Counted from the stretch's first letter, positions 12,338-25,722 are shown. The stretch is 64,000 nt of DNA from Carcharhinus amblyrhynchos (GCA_965287045.1 OZ336873.1:11036001-11100000); one strand, 5' to 3'. The notes: generated by a model not told the origin, from the letters alone. A program made the numbers and translations.

Positions 12338-15300
12338 CAGTGCTATTTTTAAAATTCATTCTACTAATATGTCACATTCATTAAATTACTGATTTAAACT
12401 ATATTACCTGAATACGTAAAGTACTGAAGAGCTTATATGTTTCCTATCCATCAGTATCATATTGTTTCGAGCGTGCATTGATATCACACCAGGAAAATTC
12501 AGCACAACTCCATAAATATTCACCAGCAAAAGTCAAAACCATATTTAAAATGCCTAATTTGTAGAGGATAGACAAATTTACATCCCATGAATGTAGAGAC
12601 CTCCTATAGATTGTGCTGATCTTCCCTATCCCTTGACTTATGACACTAATGGAACCCCTCCAATGGATTACTGTCTTGTAACTCTTTCCTACCTATTCTT
12701 CCTCGCTATTTTAAAAGCCCTTCTCAAACATGAAGGCTGCAGTTTTATAAATTACTTTGCAAGCTATCTGCTGATGTGAGCATTGGCACTGTTCATCCTG
12801 GTGTTGTCAGACTTCCTACACTGTTCATCCTCGCCGACCTACGTTATTGATCTCAGACATATCGCCATTAGGAAATCCTAACTGGAGGCCACTGATGGGG
12901 GAAAGAATTCAAGGCGGCCAATCTGTTCTTACATAGCTCCTGTAGGCTAGTTTCTTAACAGTATGAGAAGTGAGCCCATACTCCCTTCCAGCTACAAATG
13001 GTAAGCAAATGGGATAAGAAGAATAACTTATAAGGACAAAAGGGGATTCTGTGGCCTCCCACAGCATGTTTCTGGAGGCAGGAGGCAGCGTGCCATTCCC
13101 CGGTGACAGGATATTCTGGTTTGGTCTTGGCCAATGGGACTTTCCATTGACTTTGGGAAGCCTGCAGCAGGACTGCATCACGCTGGGTCTGTAAGATCTC
13201 ACCAGCACGAACAGCCAGAGGATTCCAGCCTTAGTGGCTCACCACACATAGATTTCAACAGCACTGCTTTAAATGCTTTGGAATAAATCTCTTTGTTTCA
13301 GGTACAAAAAGGGTGATATCTCTGCTGCCAACCCCTTCAAAACTTAAAAGTTCAGCAGCTAGCAGATGGCAGATGTCATACCAGATTCTCCATGACATGA
13401 ATGCCATCACTCATCTCAAACCACACCACAACACAAAGTGAGCTGATAGCACCAAGTATCTGAATAATTATGAGAACACAGAAATGGTGCACACAGTAGT
13501 AAGCGATTGGCAACAAAAGAGCTCTGAAATACTTGCTCAAATATCTTGATCACTTTTTATATGCTTTGCATCAACTTTCTAGTGCGACAGCTGTGTTGGA
13601 AAATTCAACCCATTCACTCAATAAGTGATGCAACTGAGAGCCATCAATGTCTGAAAGCACATATCTGCTGGCACAGAATTAGTAAACTCAATTGAGTGCA
13701 CTCTCAAAATATACTCAGACCCATAATGAGATGTCAACCAATCATCTCTCTCAGTACGTCAGCAGCAATAAGTAGCTTCCCATTGCCGTGCGTGCCTGAG
13801 CTACAAAAGCAAGTTACTAGCTCAAATAATAGTAGAACATAGCCCTTACACTCCCACAGATAATATCATTGCCTGTATTCTTATTCCAGGCACTGAGGCC
13901 AGTAGGTCAACTGAAAGACAACACCAAATGACTTGCCTATACTTAGTACAGCTTGAGCAGTTGTCCATTAATATTACTTCCATAATATTAACAACGTGAA
14001 CTCGTGAAAATATTAAAAAACTATCAAACTTCACATTTCTTGTTGTTAAATTGATTGAAAACAAACACCACAATTGTGTAAGCACGCAAAGAAACACAAA
14101 GGAAGATAACTGGGTCAAACAGCAACATACTGAGAGCATGGCAGGTCTTATAGATAATGTTACATCTGTCCTGTGTGTCAACAGTGTGTTTGTACTGGAC
14201 CATGTATGACATTTATCAGTGAACAGGTTCCAACAGAGATCTCCCATCTGTCCCACTCTCCGTGTGAGAGGCTTGTTTCATTTTCTCTGAGGTGAATGTA
14301 AGCATGCCGCATGCATAGATTAGTTTGCATGCTTAAAAAGCATAGCTCATTTCCTAACCAATGCAATCAATGCTAATAAAATTCATGTTAGCTGGCAGAA
14401 CAGAGAATTCTATATAGTGACTGACGAAAATCTTATTAAAAGCATATTCTTAGGGAAATGAAAAATATATTCCTAACTCAAGAAGCCTCAAAAGATAGGA
14501 GTATTGTGTCGCACTCTTAATATACTTGGGGAACCAACGTGGCTCAGTTTTTAGAAGGTGGAATCTGAACCTTGCCTGGACATAAGCAACTTTCCTCCTA
14601 ACGGAGAGAAAACTGGGTCAGGCAACGTTATCCTGCGGTTATTGCTAGGGTTTCAGGGTTAAACAGCACCAGGCTTGGCAAACAATTGAGAGATAATGTA
14701 GTCTTGTAAATCAGTGGTTTCAATTTCACTGCAGTACAAAAAAAAGTAGCAATGACCATACAGGTTTTCAAAAAAAGAAAAAATCCATTACAATTCTGGA
14801 ATGGCATCCTCTCTCAGATCAAGACATTGCTGCCCAAAATTTTATTTGACAAAAGCCACCCACTGTCTGTTTCAAGCAGCAAAAATAGTCGAGGACAAAT
14901 GTCCAAATGAACCTAAAATCAATTAGCCATCAAACTTTTACCCTTAATTCCAGGCTATCGGTGGTATTTTAATTGCAGTCACTGTGGGCAGGTGTTACTG
15001 AAGATATTGACAGTGAGCTTTGTACAATAAACTTTATTGGCAAGTTGTGTCTGATTGCAGTACTGAAGCTGAATAAAGAGAAATGGGGAAGGCTGCATGC
15101 AGTGAACAGATCATTAGTGTTGTAAATTTATACAACTCTTCTGGATTGCCCCCCTCCCCTTCTTAAACTGCAGACATGGCAGCTTCTCTTTAATCAGGAA
15201 TATTTAATTTTTCACAAATAAAACATCCAAATTTTGCGAGGTGTGATGAAGCAGCTCATTTTTGTTTCCTTTTTTTTGCACATCCACTCTGTCAGATTAA

Positions 15301-15540
15301 TGGGCAGGAGCCACTGCCAAGGAACATAAAAAATGTATGTAATTAGGTGCCATTTGGAAGATGGATTTCCACCCCAGCAAGCCATCACTACCCCCCTCCC
15401 ACTTCGACCACCTTCAAATCTTTCCACTTTTCTTTGAACAGTTTGTACAATATCTTCTTATGGCGACATAATGAGACACAACTGCTGCTGAAATGAGAAG
15501 GCTTCCTGAACAGAAAGGAACTTTTAAGGACAATTAAAAC

Positions 15541-15561
15541 CACTGCACCTCCTAGTGGCCA
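15541..15561 (-). promoter_or_regulatory. CTCF-like motif
   Basis: Minus strand TGGCCACTAGGAGGTGCAG versus consensus TGGCCACCAGGGGGCGCTA. Confidence 0.45.
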
Positions 15562-17862
15562 TTGTTGTTAATGTCCTCAGATGTTTAAAAAAAATTACAA
15601 CAAAAGCATGGCTTTTCACCAAAGGTAAAATAATCCTTATTCAGCACCTTCCCTGAAAATACCCCAAGAAACAGCTGCCGAGGACAGTCCCTCCTTAATC
15701 AAATTTTGGCTTCCGCTGCAAATCATTTCAAAAGGTTGAGCAATTTTATTTCAACTCTTTTCGGGATGGGAGCATTCCCTGTATCAGCAGCGCAGGTATC
15801 CCCAAAGAAAATTTTTTTAAAAATCATCACTTTAAAAGGCTTTAACATCAGCTTCAGGCACCTGAATGCCTTCGCAGTCTGATGCGACAAAATATTGAGA
15901 GATTTAGCAGTGTAAAATGAGTCACATATACAAATGTATAATTTCTCCAAATGAAGGCTTCTATGACACTCCATTGATGCAGCATTCTGGGGACCTAATC
16001 ATTTACATGGTGAAAGGATATTGAGGGCACATGGCGGGGGGAGTTGATCCACGTACAAATTACCTTGCCATAAATTAACAAAAATGCACAGATCATAGCT
16101 GACGTCCAAACACCACACAGAGAACTTGTCCATGCACTTTCCACTATCAGGAGCGGAACCTCTGACCCAGCCATTTTTATTCCAATACTGGAGGAGGAGA
16201 AAGGCTTCAGACTGAATTTTACCAGGTACCTTCAGTGCTACTTTGTTCAATGTACTGCTAAGGCCTCTTCGTGCTGCAAGGCTTAAGGACAATTCAGGTA
16301 AAATTGATCGCGTCGAACAAATTTTAGCTACCAAGGACATGGATAATTACAAATTAACACCAATGATGTTTTGAGGGATCCAATTAAAGGTCACTTATGT
16401 AATTATGTGGAAAAGTATAATTCTTTTGACAAATATATACATTTAAAAACATAGAAATTTAAAAAGCCCCTGACTTTCACTCCGAAAGATAAGCAATCAG
16501 GCCTTCCGATTATTGCCTGAGAAAATCCAAAGATAAGCATTAATTGTAATTCATTACAAGCGCGCTTCCTAACAACTACTCATTGCTCTGCAGGATTTCT
16601 AAAATTTGGCTTGGTTTTTACTCCCCAGTATTATCTTTGGGAGTTTAAAACTCAAGCTGACAGTCATCTAATCACTGGACTATCTCACTTTCTCGTCAAT
16701 TTCTAAAAATTCAATTTGGATGTGCATGATGCCAGAATGGGAGAGACACAAAGATTGTGTAGGGCTGGAGGACATCATAGTGACAGGGAGGGTTGAGACC
16801 ATGGTGACCCCACTTACTGAATGCATCCAAGTCTGTTCTACAGAGCTTGCTTTTGCTAACACTGGTGGAACATTTTAATGTAATTATTTCAAAACACTCA
16901 AATAGTTTGACATATTACTCAGTCACCAAGGCCAAGTCTGATGCAGTTCAAACAAGACTGTACTGGAATAAAATTCACCATTCACACCAAGTAGGTATCA
17001 ACAAACAAAAAGCTTAAGGAACTTTCAGAACCAAACTATTTTCAAGTATAGACAGATGATGCATGGCACCAGCTGCACTGTACACTTTATTTATTCTTCA
17101 GCAAATGAACCCACTTGCATAATCCTCTGAGCAAAAAGGACATAATTTTATTTTACTGTTTGTGACTGTGTGAGGGTCCAAGCATTCCTGAGCACAGCTG
17201 CCAACCATGTATTCAGCTTAGAGCTGTGTCCCTTTCCACAAAATCAAGGAAGACTCACACATGATGCACAGTAGTTGCATTACTGCTTCACTGAGTAAGG
17301 CCATGATATAGATAAGTTGCATATTGTGTCACCTTCTTTTAAAGAAAAAAAAAGCCAATGGCATCAAACTCTTGAGCCATGAAGGTGTGACTGACTTTAG
17401 TTAAACATATCAAGGGTCTCTCATGTTTCATGGTCTGCCAGTAAACAAAGGTATCCTGGCCTATATAAATTGAAGTTGCTACTGTTGTTGATATGCTTTT
17501 GTTTTAAAGGCATCTTCAGCTGACTTAAAAGAATACATTTTCATCCTCCATATTGCAGTAGATTGTATTGCTGGTGGGTTGGAAATGTCAGAGGCCATGA
17601 CCATCACAAGCTCAGCCTATGAATTTGGAATCTTCCATCCATACTGTAGAGATCTACCAAATATAAGTAGAGCAGAGAGCACAGGGAGCCAGGAAGGCCA
17701 CGAAAGGGAACACTGTGGATGGGAGGATAGAGTGAAAGATTCACATACGCAAACATCAAAAGAACAGATGAGGGACAATGAAAAGTTAAAGGACAAGTAA
17801 CTATCAGGTGGCAGGCCAACGGGAAGAGTGTTGCTGAAGAATCTCAACAAGCATGAAGGGGA

Positions 17863-18217
17863 GGGTGAGGCAATGGCCTAGTGGTATTATCGCTGGACTG
17901 TTAATCCAGAAACTCAGCTAATGTTCTGGGGCCCAGGTTCAGATTCCACCACGGCAAATGGAGGAATTTGAATTCAGTAAAAAATATCTGGAATTAATAA
18001 TCTACTGATGATCGTGAAACTGTTGTCGGTTGTTGGAAAAACCCATCTGGTTCACTAATGTCCTTTGAGGAAGGAAATCTGCCATCGTTACCTGATCTGG
18101 CCCACGTGTGACTCCAGAACTATAGCAATGTGGTGAAACTGCCCTTCAAGGGCAATTAAGGATGGGCAATAAACGCTGACCAGCCAGCAGCACCCACGCT
18201 CCACAAATAAATAAAAA
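17863..18217 (+). mobile_element. Second tRNA-derived SINE family, full length
   Basis: Aligns by eye end to end with 2258-2596. Confidence 0.85.
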
Positions 18218-19581
18218 CATGTGTCATGAGCAAACTTACAGGAAAATTTTGTTTACACACAGTAGAGAATATGCACGACTGCCTCAGATTCATTATGCAT
18301 TCTGTGAATTTACGATAGTCGAAACCAAAATGAAAACTAAGGGTTTAAACCAGATTGTGGTGTATGGTGTAATCCAGTGCAGGCCAGAATAAACAATGGT
18401 GCACTAAAGGTCGACGTGCAAATGGCCTGGGCATTGAACCATCTCAAACATAGGATTAAAACTTTGTGTTTTGAACCATTTTAATTTTTGATATGTCTCA
18501 ACAGATTAGCAATCACTATGAAGAAGTCCCACAGCAGATAATTCAAATGAGAGATCTGAGTAATGATGTTGTCAAGTGGCCTCAACTGAAACCAATTTTA
18601 GTTTCCACAATTTTAAACCAGAAGCAGTTTTAATAAACTATAAAAATTTACATTATTGAGGGAATCACTAAGTAGAACTAGAATGTGTTCAGTATTTAAT
18701 TCCATCGAGTCAATGTGACACAAAGAGGAATAGGATGGGAGGGGGAGCTCTAAACATTCAACATCTTTTTAGCAATTCACAGTTAGTGAGCAGTACTATA
18801 CAGTTATTGAAGCATTATATTCAATTAATATTTGTTGAAATGAGGCTCGAATTTTCCTTTATTTTTTTAAACAGCTGATTCAGAATAATATATCCCAAAA
18901 CTGACAATGTTGAGAATTAGGAGCTGAAAAATAATGGCCATGTACTGAGGGCTGTAGCACTTAATTTCATCTGCACTTTTAAATTCAAAGCTTATTATAT
19001 ACAGTAACAGTGAAGTTTAATAAACTGGTTCACTGATAATTAAAATACCTTGAATAATTTATCTTGTTGATCGCAGGCCGCCTTCCTCTTTGAAAACTAA
19101 TCCACACTGACACCCTGAATAAAGCTGCCAAATAATTGCACCAAGCCCGGAATATAAGTGAATTTGCCTTCAACAAGGTACAGAACACACGCTGGGTCGC
19201 GGAACCCCAAAAAGAAGCAGGACAACAACAATCTGTTCCTTTCAGTGACAGCCAGCATCAAAGTGAAGGTGCTGCTCCAAATCAAAAGCACAATCACTCA
19301 CTTACAAGCAGATATCCTTCACATGGCAGGCAGCAGTTTCTATCTAGTCATACGATCTCACTGCTGTGAACTATCTTTCCCTCCACTTTTACAAAAAAAA
19401 AACTAGCTATTGCATTAATTTACCACAAAGTTTAGCAGAACTGACTTCTTGACCGTATAATTCTAAGGCCCTCTTGAATGTGTACACATGTACATAAGCA
19501 ACAGATTCATATGCATGACAAAGGCTAAAATACTCCTCAAAGTGTTAAGCTGACATATCTTTGAGGACTCTAATAGGACTC

Positions 19582-19692
19582 TGGCTGGATTCTCCAATCG
19601 TGTTCGCCCCACCACTGCTGCCAGAGGGGACAGAGGATTTGGTGCTCGGCCAAATCTCCATTCGCAGCAGCAAAACCGGAGAATCCCAGCCT
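19582..19692. mobile_element. Short Harbinger-like MITE
   Basis: TIRs ggctggattctcc / ggagaatcccagcc. Confidence 0.65.
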
Positions 19693-19915
19693 GTGGTGAG
19701 GTCACAGAATTCCGGCTCTTATGTTTCTGTGGAAGGATGTGCTCAATAAGCCAAATGGTCTCCCTCATCTTTGCTATCCCACAAACTCTTCTAACCTAAA
19801 CTTACCTTATGATAACATGCCTAGCCTAATCACAACGTGCATCAATGGCTAGAGTATTTCAAGTGTCCCCCATAAGAAACCAAGATGGAAGGAAAGCAAA
19901 ACGTGAACAAAAACA

Positions 19916-20086
19916 CAGAATCATAGTATCCTACAGTACAGAAGGAGGTCATTTGGCCCATCGAGTTTGCACCAACCGCAATCCTACCCAGGGCCTATCC
20001 CCATAACCTCACATATTTACCTACTAATCCCGACACTAGCGTCGATTTAACATAGCCAATGAACCTAACCCGCACATCTTTGGATG
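19916..20086 (-). mobile_element. HE1-like SINE, 3' half
   Basis: agaatcatag...ggcccatcgag...cctaacccgcacatctttgga. Confidence 0.8.
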
Positions 20087-20204
20087 TAAAATAAATAACA
20101 TGCATACCATATTCAACAAACACTTTTCCAATTTGACAATGTGCAGTATTAATTCTTGTCTTATTTCATGAATGTTTTTGCGCTGCCTAACATGCAGCGA
20201 AAGC

Positions 20205-20490
20205 AAGAAAGATTTATATGGTGCTTTTCATGACCTTTGGATGTGCCAAAGAGCCTTACAACTAATGAATTACTTCTGAAGTGTAGTTCTTGTTGTTATA
20301 CAGGAAATGTGCCAACAAAATGCACAGCATGGTCCCACCAGCAGAAATGTAATAATGACTAAATAATCTAATAATTCTGTGATAAATATTGATCAAATCA
20401 GACTGTGGGGAGATCTCCCTGAACCATCTTTTACATCATTCTGGGAGGGCGGATGGTGCCTCGGTTTAACATCTCATCCAAAAGGCAAAC
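20205..20490 (-). mobile_element. Ancient SacSINE1/AmnSINE (Deu-domain)-like SINE
   Basis: tttatatggtgcttttcatgacc...ttctgaagtgtagt...gcctcggtttaacatctcatcc; related copies at 26975 and 50545. Confidence 0.65.
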
Positions 20491-20619
20491 ACATTATCAT
20501 TGAAAAAGTCATAACCTTTAACTTCTTCCCTCTCTGTAACTAGTAATCCAATGAAATAGCAAAACAAATTCAATAATTTATTGTGGGTAAATCTTGACCT
20601 TTTAAATTGTTCCAAGTCC

Positions 20620-20825
20620 AAAACACACTACGCACCATCCTGACTTGGAACTACATCATTCCTTCAGTGTCACTGAGTCAAAATCTTAGAATTCCTTCCC
20701 TAGTGGTAATGTGGTACTGCTCCAAGTCATGAACTACAGTAGTTCAAGAACGGCAGTCTACTACCACCTTCAAGGGTACTTAGGGATGGACAATAAATAG
20801 CCAGCAATTGCTATACCCCATGAAA
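20620..20825 (+). mobile_element. CR1/L2-group LINE 3' end (same family as 1-342)
   Basis: caccatcctgacttggaacta...ttagggatggacaataaat. Confidence 0.7.
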
Positions 20826-21532
20826 TATGCCCATGTCTGTTTTTGGCTTATTGTAGCGTTCCATCGAAGCCCAACGCAAACTGGAGGAACAACACCTGAT
20901 CTTCTGATTAGGCACTTTACAGCATTCTGGACTTAATACTGAGTTCATTAACTTCAACAACAAGCATGGACTCTCTCTTCCACCTTCACCCCATTTCCAT
21001 CATTTTTAAAAAGTAATTTACTTTCTTTTTCATTTCTTCCATTGATTAATTTTCATTTCTTTTTTAGTCCCACTTTCTATCTTTTTTCCTTTACCACAAT
21101 CTCCCCTCTCCCACCCCACCCTACTAGGACCACCTGTTACCTGTTCAGACTGTCCGTTGACACACTGCTTACCTTCCTTCTGCCACTAACACATTCTGAC
21201 TTCTTAATGTGCAACTACCAGCACCCTCCTTAGCCATGCTCACCAATATTTATATTCCTTTGCCTATTTGTCGATGACATCTTTGTCAATCTCTCCCTTG
21301 CCTCCACCTATCGCTGACCCTCTATCCACTCCCCATTGCCCACCATCACCTCCTCACCACAATGGCGTAAATCTCATCTGATTTCTAATTAGCTTTAGCT
21401 CTCAGGATGAGTCACCAGACGAAGTGCTGGCTCCGTTCTCTGTCCACAAATGCTGTCAGGCCTGCTGAGATTTTCCAGCAATTTTTTGTTTTTGTTTCAG
21501 ATTCCAGCATCTGAAGTAATTTACTTTTATCA
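20826..21532 (+). mobile_element. Penelope-like element 3' end (GIY-YIG endonuclease C-terminus plus pLTR)
   Basis: 20836-20957 translates SVFGLL*RSIEAQRKLEEQHLIF*LGTLQHSGLNTEFINF, the Penelope endonuclease tail; followed by a pyrimidine-rich UTR and ccacaaatgctgtcaggcctgctgagattttccagc. Confidence 0.85.
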
Positions 21533-21886
21533 TGCATGTTTTGACACTTCTTGTCCATTGTGAATGAAATGGAAACTCTTACCTTGATCAATGGCAACAA
21601 TCCATCAAAAGTGGGAGGACCAACAATCTGAGGAAGCCAATTTTCCTGTTTGCAGTGTTCCATTGATCATTATTACTTATTGAACAATAGCAATTTGCAA
21701 ACTGAAACCTGGGGATACTTCATCCTAAACTGGGATACATCTGGAATGTTGTTGGTCTCAGCTAAAATTGGATTTTCCCCACTTTTTATATATTCATTCT
21801 TATATTTTTATTCAATGGCAGTTGCCTGTGAGCACAGTCAGAAGAAGACACATCAGATACTGCAAAAAGGGCCAACCCAAAGGCTT

Positions 21887-22300
21887 AAATAAAAAATTAC
21901 TGTGGATGTTGGAAATCTGAAACAAAAACACACAAACTCAGCTGGTCTGGCAGCATCTGTGGGCACAGTAAGTAGTCTCACAATGCCAGGTTAAAGTCCA
22001 ACAGGTTTACTTGGTATCACAAGCTTTCAGCGCGCTGTTCTTTCATCACCTGAGAAGTATCTGTTGTGAGACTTCTTAGTGTACCCATCCCAGTCCAATG
22101 CCGACATTTCCACATCATAGCATCTGTGGAGAGAGAAAGTGTTCCACTGATCAGAGTTGATATTTCGAGTCCAATATGATTCTTCTTTGTAACAGTTCTG
22201 AAGAGTTATAATGGACTCAAAATGTTAACTCTTTTTGTCTCCCTACAGATGATGCCAATTGGCTAATGCCCGCTGAGGTTTTCCAGAATTCTGTGTTCAA
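21887..22300. mobile_element. Palindromic Penelope pLTR-derived element (family B) with nested insert
   Basis: Left arm is the reverse complement of the 21400-21530 type sequence; centre agagttgatatttcgagtcc...ggactcaaaatgttaactct is an inverted repeat. Confidence 0.7.
21963..22118. mobile_element. Penelope-derived inverted element (family A) with 11-bp TSD
   Basis: Flanked by agcatctgtgg at 21952-21962 and 22119-22129; same family as 43336 and 43890. Confidence 0.8.
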
Positions 22301-22618
22301 ATTAAAGGCTTGCCCCCCGTTTCTGCCTTCAAAAGATAACTTCAATTTTACATTTTTAGGGATAACAAGGAAGCTCCACAAAATGAAAACCACAAAATCT
22401 AAGTGTTTACCCAAATCTTTGTTCCAATTTAGCTGTGCCTGGGTTACAAGGTACAGTATTACAAAGTGGATTAACACAGGTTCACATTGGCAATTCATCA
22501 CACAATACCTCTTCATTTCAGCCATACTGGCAGGGGTTAATAGGGAGTACTCTCTACAGACAGGCATGGAAATAGAAGAATAAATAAAAAGGTGGGCAAA
22601 TTACCTTACACTGCTCTT

Positions 22619-22637
22619 CCACACCTTCTAGTGGCCA
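22619..22637 (-). promoter_or_regulatory. Weaker CTCF-like motif
   Basis: Minus strand TGGCCACTAGAAGGTGTGG; same orientation as the 15541 site. Confidence 0.25.
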
Positions 22638-24267
22638 GATCAGAAGTCTCTTTAACAAAACCCTGAAACTAAATCGCCTGCTGTTACTTGCAGCAAGGAC
22701 ATCCTCCAGGTTTTGCTAATTCAGTGCAACACTTGCTCAATTTTTAATTAAAATATTATCCATATTAATATGAACTCTTCAAGATAAACAGCATTCCACA
22801 TATCTAAGTAGGTTTGAAATCTATCATTCTCAATGATTGTGAATCCTATGTTTCTGTAACCAAACATCTCTTACTCACATGTTTAAATCACTTTTTAATG
22901 AGACCGTCCATTGCTCATAGTGTGTGATCTGACAAAAAACACACACAAAATGTACTCCCTGTGCATGACGGCACTTAAATACTGGGCTAGACACAGGGAC
23001 ACTGCACTGATTCACCAAATTAATAGTTAACTGAGCAATCAATTACGGAGAGGAAAACCGTGCCCACATAAAACGAACAATTACCGGTAATTTCTTGAAA
23101 TCACTTTTACTTTTTGAAATTTCATCTTTCAGGGAGTATGTGCACCACAACATGAATGCTTCCATGTTCCCTTTTATTTTCACAGAAAGCCCAGAGGTTA
23201 GGTTTAATAAGGATCAATGGCAGTTTATCTGGGACACAGCTACTTCAGAATGTGCAAATTAAAACCAACACTTGAAAGAAATGGATTTAATTAAAAAATG
23301 TAGAGCCACAGGGTTTGTAAATTCAATTAAAGGATTTATGCAAAGGTTCAGTAGTTGTTTTTTGTAAGTTACCGCCTATGTAATGAGATCTTCATATATA
23401 AAATCAATAGGTAATCTGGGACAGAAGATGATTCCTTAAGAACATTTTAAAATCAATTTTAAAAATACAGGTTGAACCAAGGAGACATCATCCAACACTA
23501 TGACTCCACTTTGTAAGGTAACAGTGGTATCACAAGATACAATGTTTTCATTTACTCTCATTCTTACAGAAGGTTAATCATTTTGCTTTTGTATTATGGC
23601 ACTACTTCAAGGAATAGGACAAGGTCAGATTTTTCAGGTCACTAACAGTCAATGAATATTATTCAATAAAGCACACTCTTTGTGTCATTTCCCTTTCACT
23701 TGTGTGCCTTTCTTTATAATATTTATTGCTACAACCGTATGCAGTTAAATTCTTTTCTATATACACAATGAAAGGTTACCTTACATCTGGTGGTCAGATT
23801 CTTATAGTTGTCAGTTTTGCTTTCAGCAGAGCTTGTGCCACAAAGAAAATGAAGGAAAGAGAAAGATTGTTTGCAACACTTGGCTTGATGTCTAAAAGCA
23901 CAACATGGTTTGATATTGTTATACAAACCAGAAGGTTCCAGGTTCCATCCCTGCCTTAAGTTAGCTAGCCTCAACTGATGCAGCATTTGACGAATTACTG
24001 TTGGCTTCAATGAGCCAAGCTAGGGATGGGAAAGAAGAAGTTAAAATGGGCTTTTGGTAGAAAATAACTTGAGGTGAGAACTTGACTGTGAGCGCAGTGT
24101 GGCATTCATGCCTTGGGCTATCTTGATTGCAGCTGAAAAAAGACCACTTGGATAGTGTAAAACAGCTAGCACTCATGGTACTGAATCTCAAAAGGAGGAG
24201 AAAGTTGGGGAAAGGGGGAGAAAATCTTTTAAAAAAATATAACCTTTGCTGTGTACACAAAACCTAA

Positions 24268-24454
24268 GGGTAGGATTTTCTGGTCCCTCCTGCCAGCAGG
24301 ATTTTCCGGTCCCACTGAAATCAATCCCCACCACAGGTTTTTTGGTGGTGGAATGGATAAGCAATGCAAATTGCTATAGACTTCAGCGACCCTTGAGGAT
24401 TCCGCCTCTACTGCTGGAAAGTTTACTGTGGTGGGGTCTGGAAAATTCTGACCC
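24268..24454. mobile_element. Short Harbinger-like MITE
   Basis: TIRs gggtaggattttc / gaaaattctgaccc. Confidence 0.7.
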
Positions 24455-25422
24455 AAACCCATTGAAAATGTGGAATCATCAAATTAAATAACACAGCTCC
24501 AATAAAGAACTCTAATTTTGTCTGTTGTGTACACTGAACACATGGTATTACACAAATATCATTCAGCTGGATGGTGCTGAGTCTCAACCTCTTCAATTTT
24601 ACACGATATGTTGGTGAGAAAGTAAATATTGTGTTAATGTACTATGCCAAATTAAAAATATTCCTTCTGTGGTCTCTCAAGGTTATACATTGAATAATAA
24701 CGTACAGCGATCACCCTAATTAACAAGCAAATGTTCAGCATTTATTTAATTACTTTGAATTGATCTGACAGTATCATAACTTCATGCAATTACATCCGGC
24801 TAGAATTGCTTCTTTGGTGGAATTTTGGGAATTTTGTTACATTACACATACCTTAAATGCCATACAATCAGCGCGCATAGTTTAAACCTCTGAAACATTC
24901 CAGTTAATTGACATATGTTCCTATTAGACAAATCCCATTTGTTGCTATCATACAAGCCTTGTAACACTGGGCCATTGTACTCCCTGGATTAGAAGTATAC
25001 TAATTCAGTTCTACCCAAAAAAAATGAGTGTGACTATATTTTTATAACCATAAAACAGCAAGTTAACATTCCAGAAAATTGATTCCTGCATTCTTACACT
25101 TGCCCCAGTTTCTGAAAAGTCTTTGTTTTGATTGTGGTGCTTTGGGATTTTATTTCACATTAAAGGGGCCACACGTCCCAAGCAAAATTAAGCACTAAGT
25201 TCAACATTCCATTATTCCCAGAGACAACTAACATGAAACAGTTTGGGTTACGTCCTGGTTGATAACTTTGGCCAGTTAACTGGTCTAAGAGGACATTTTA
25301 TATTTGAAGATAACAATCTGTAAAGAAAAATAAAACAGTAACCAGCATTTCTAAATATTTGTGCCCCATTTCTGAAAAAATTTGTTTGACCAGTAAGTCA
25401 AGTTGATAAAAAAGGAATCAAA

Positions 25423-25722
25423 GGTGGCATAGTGGTGCAGTGGTTAGCACTGCTGCCTCACAGTGCCAGAGACCTGGGGTTTGATCCCAGGCTTGGGTCG
25501 TTGTCCGTGCGGAGTCTGCAAATTCTTCCCTTGTCTGCATGGATTTCCTCTGGGTGCTCCGGTTTCTTCTCACAGTCTGAAAGACGTGCTGGTTAGGTGC
25601 ACTGACCATACTAAATTCTCCCTCGGTGTACCAGAACAGGTGCCGGACTGTGGCAATTAGGGGATTTTCACAGTAACTTCATTGCAGTGTGTGCCTACTT
25701 GTGACTAATAAATAAACTTTAA
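25423..25722 (+). mobile_element. HE1/V-SINE-like SINE with alternative (Rex-like) tail
   Basis: HE1 head and core, then ggggattttcacagtaacttcattgcagtg...cttgtgactaataaataaacttt. Confidence 0.9.

Noticed and set aside
19306-19386. Minus-strand exon candidate ending at GTAAGT
   Set aside because: Stops in all three frames and a weak AAG acceptor
21583-21663. Minus-strand MEHCKQENW...LIK followed by AAG|GTAAGA
   Set aside because: Strong donor but no convincing acceptor or promoter; wedged between Penelope remnants
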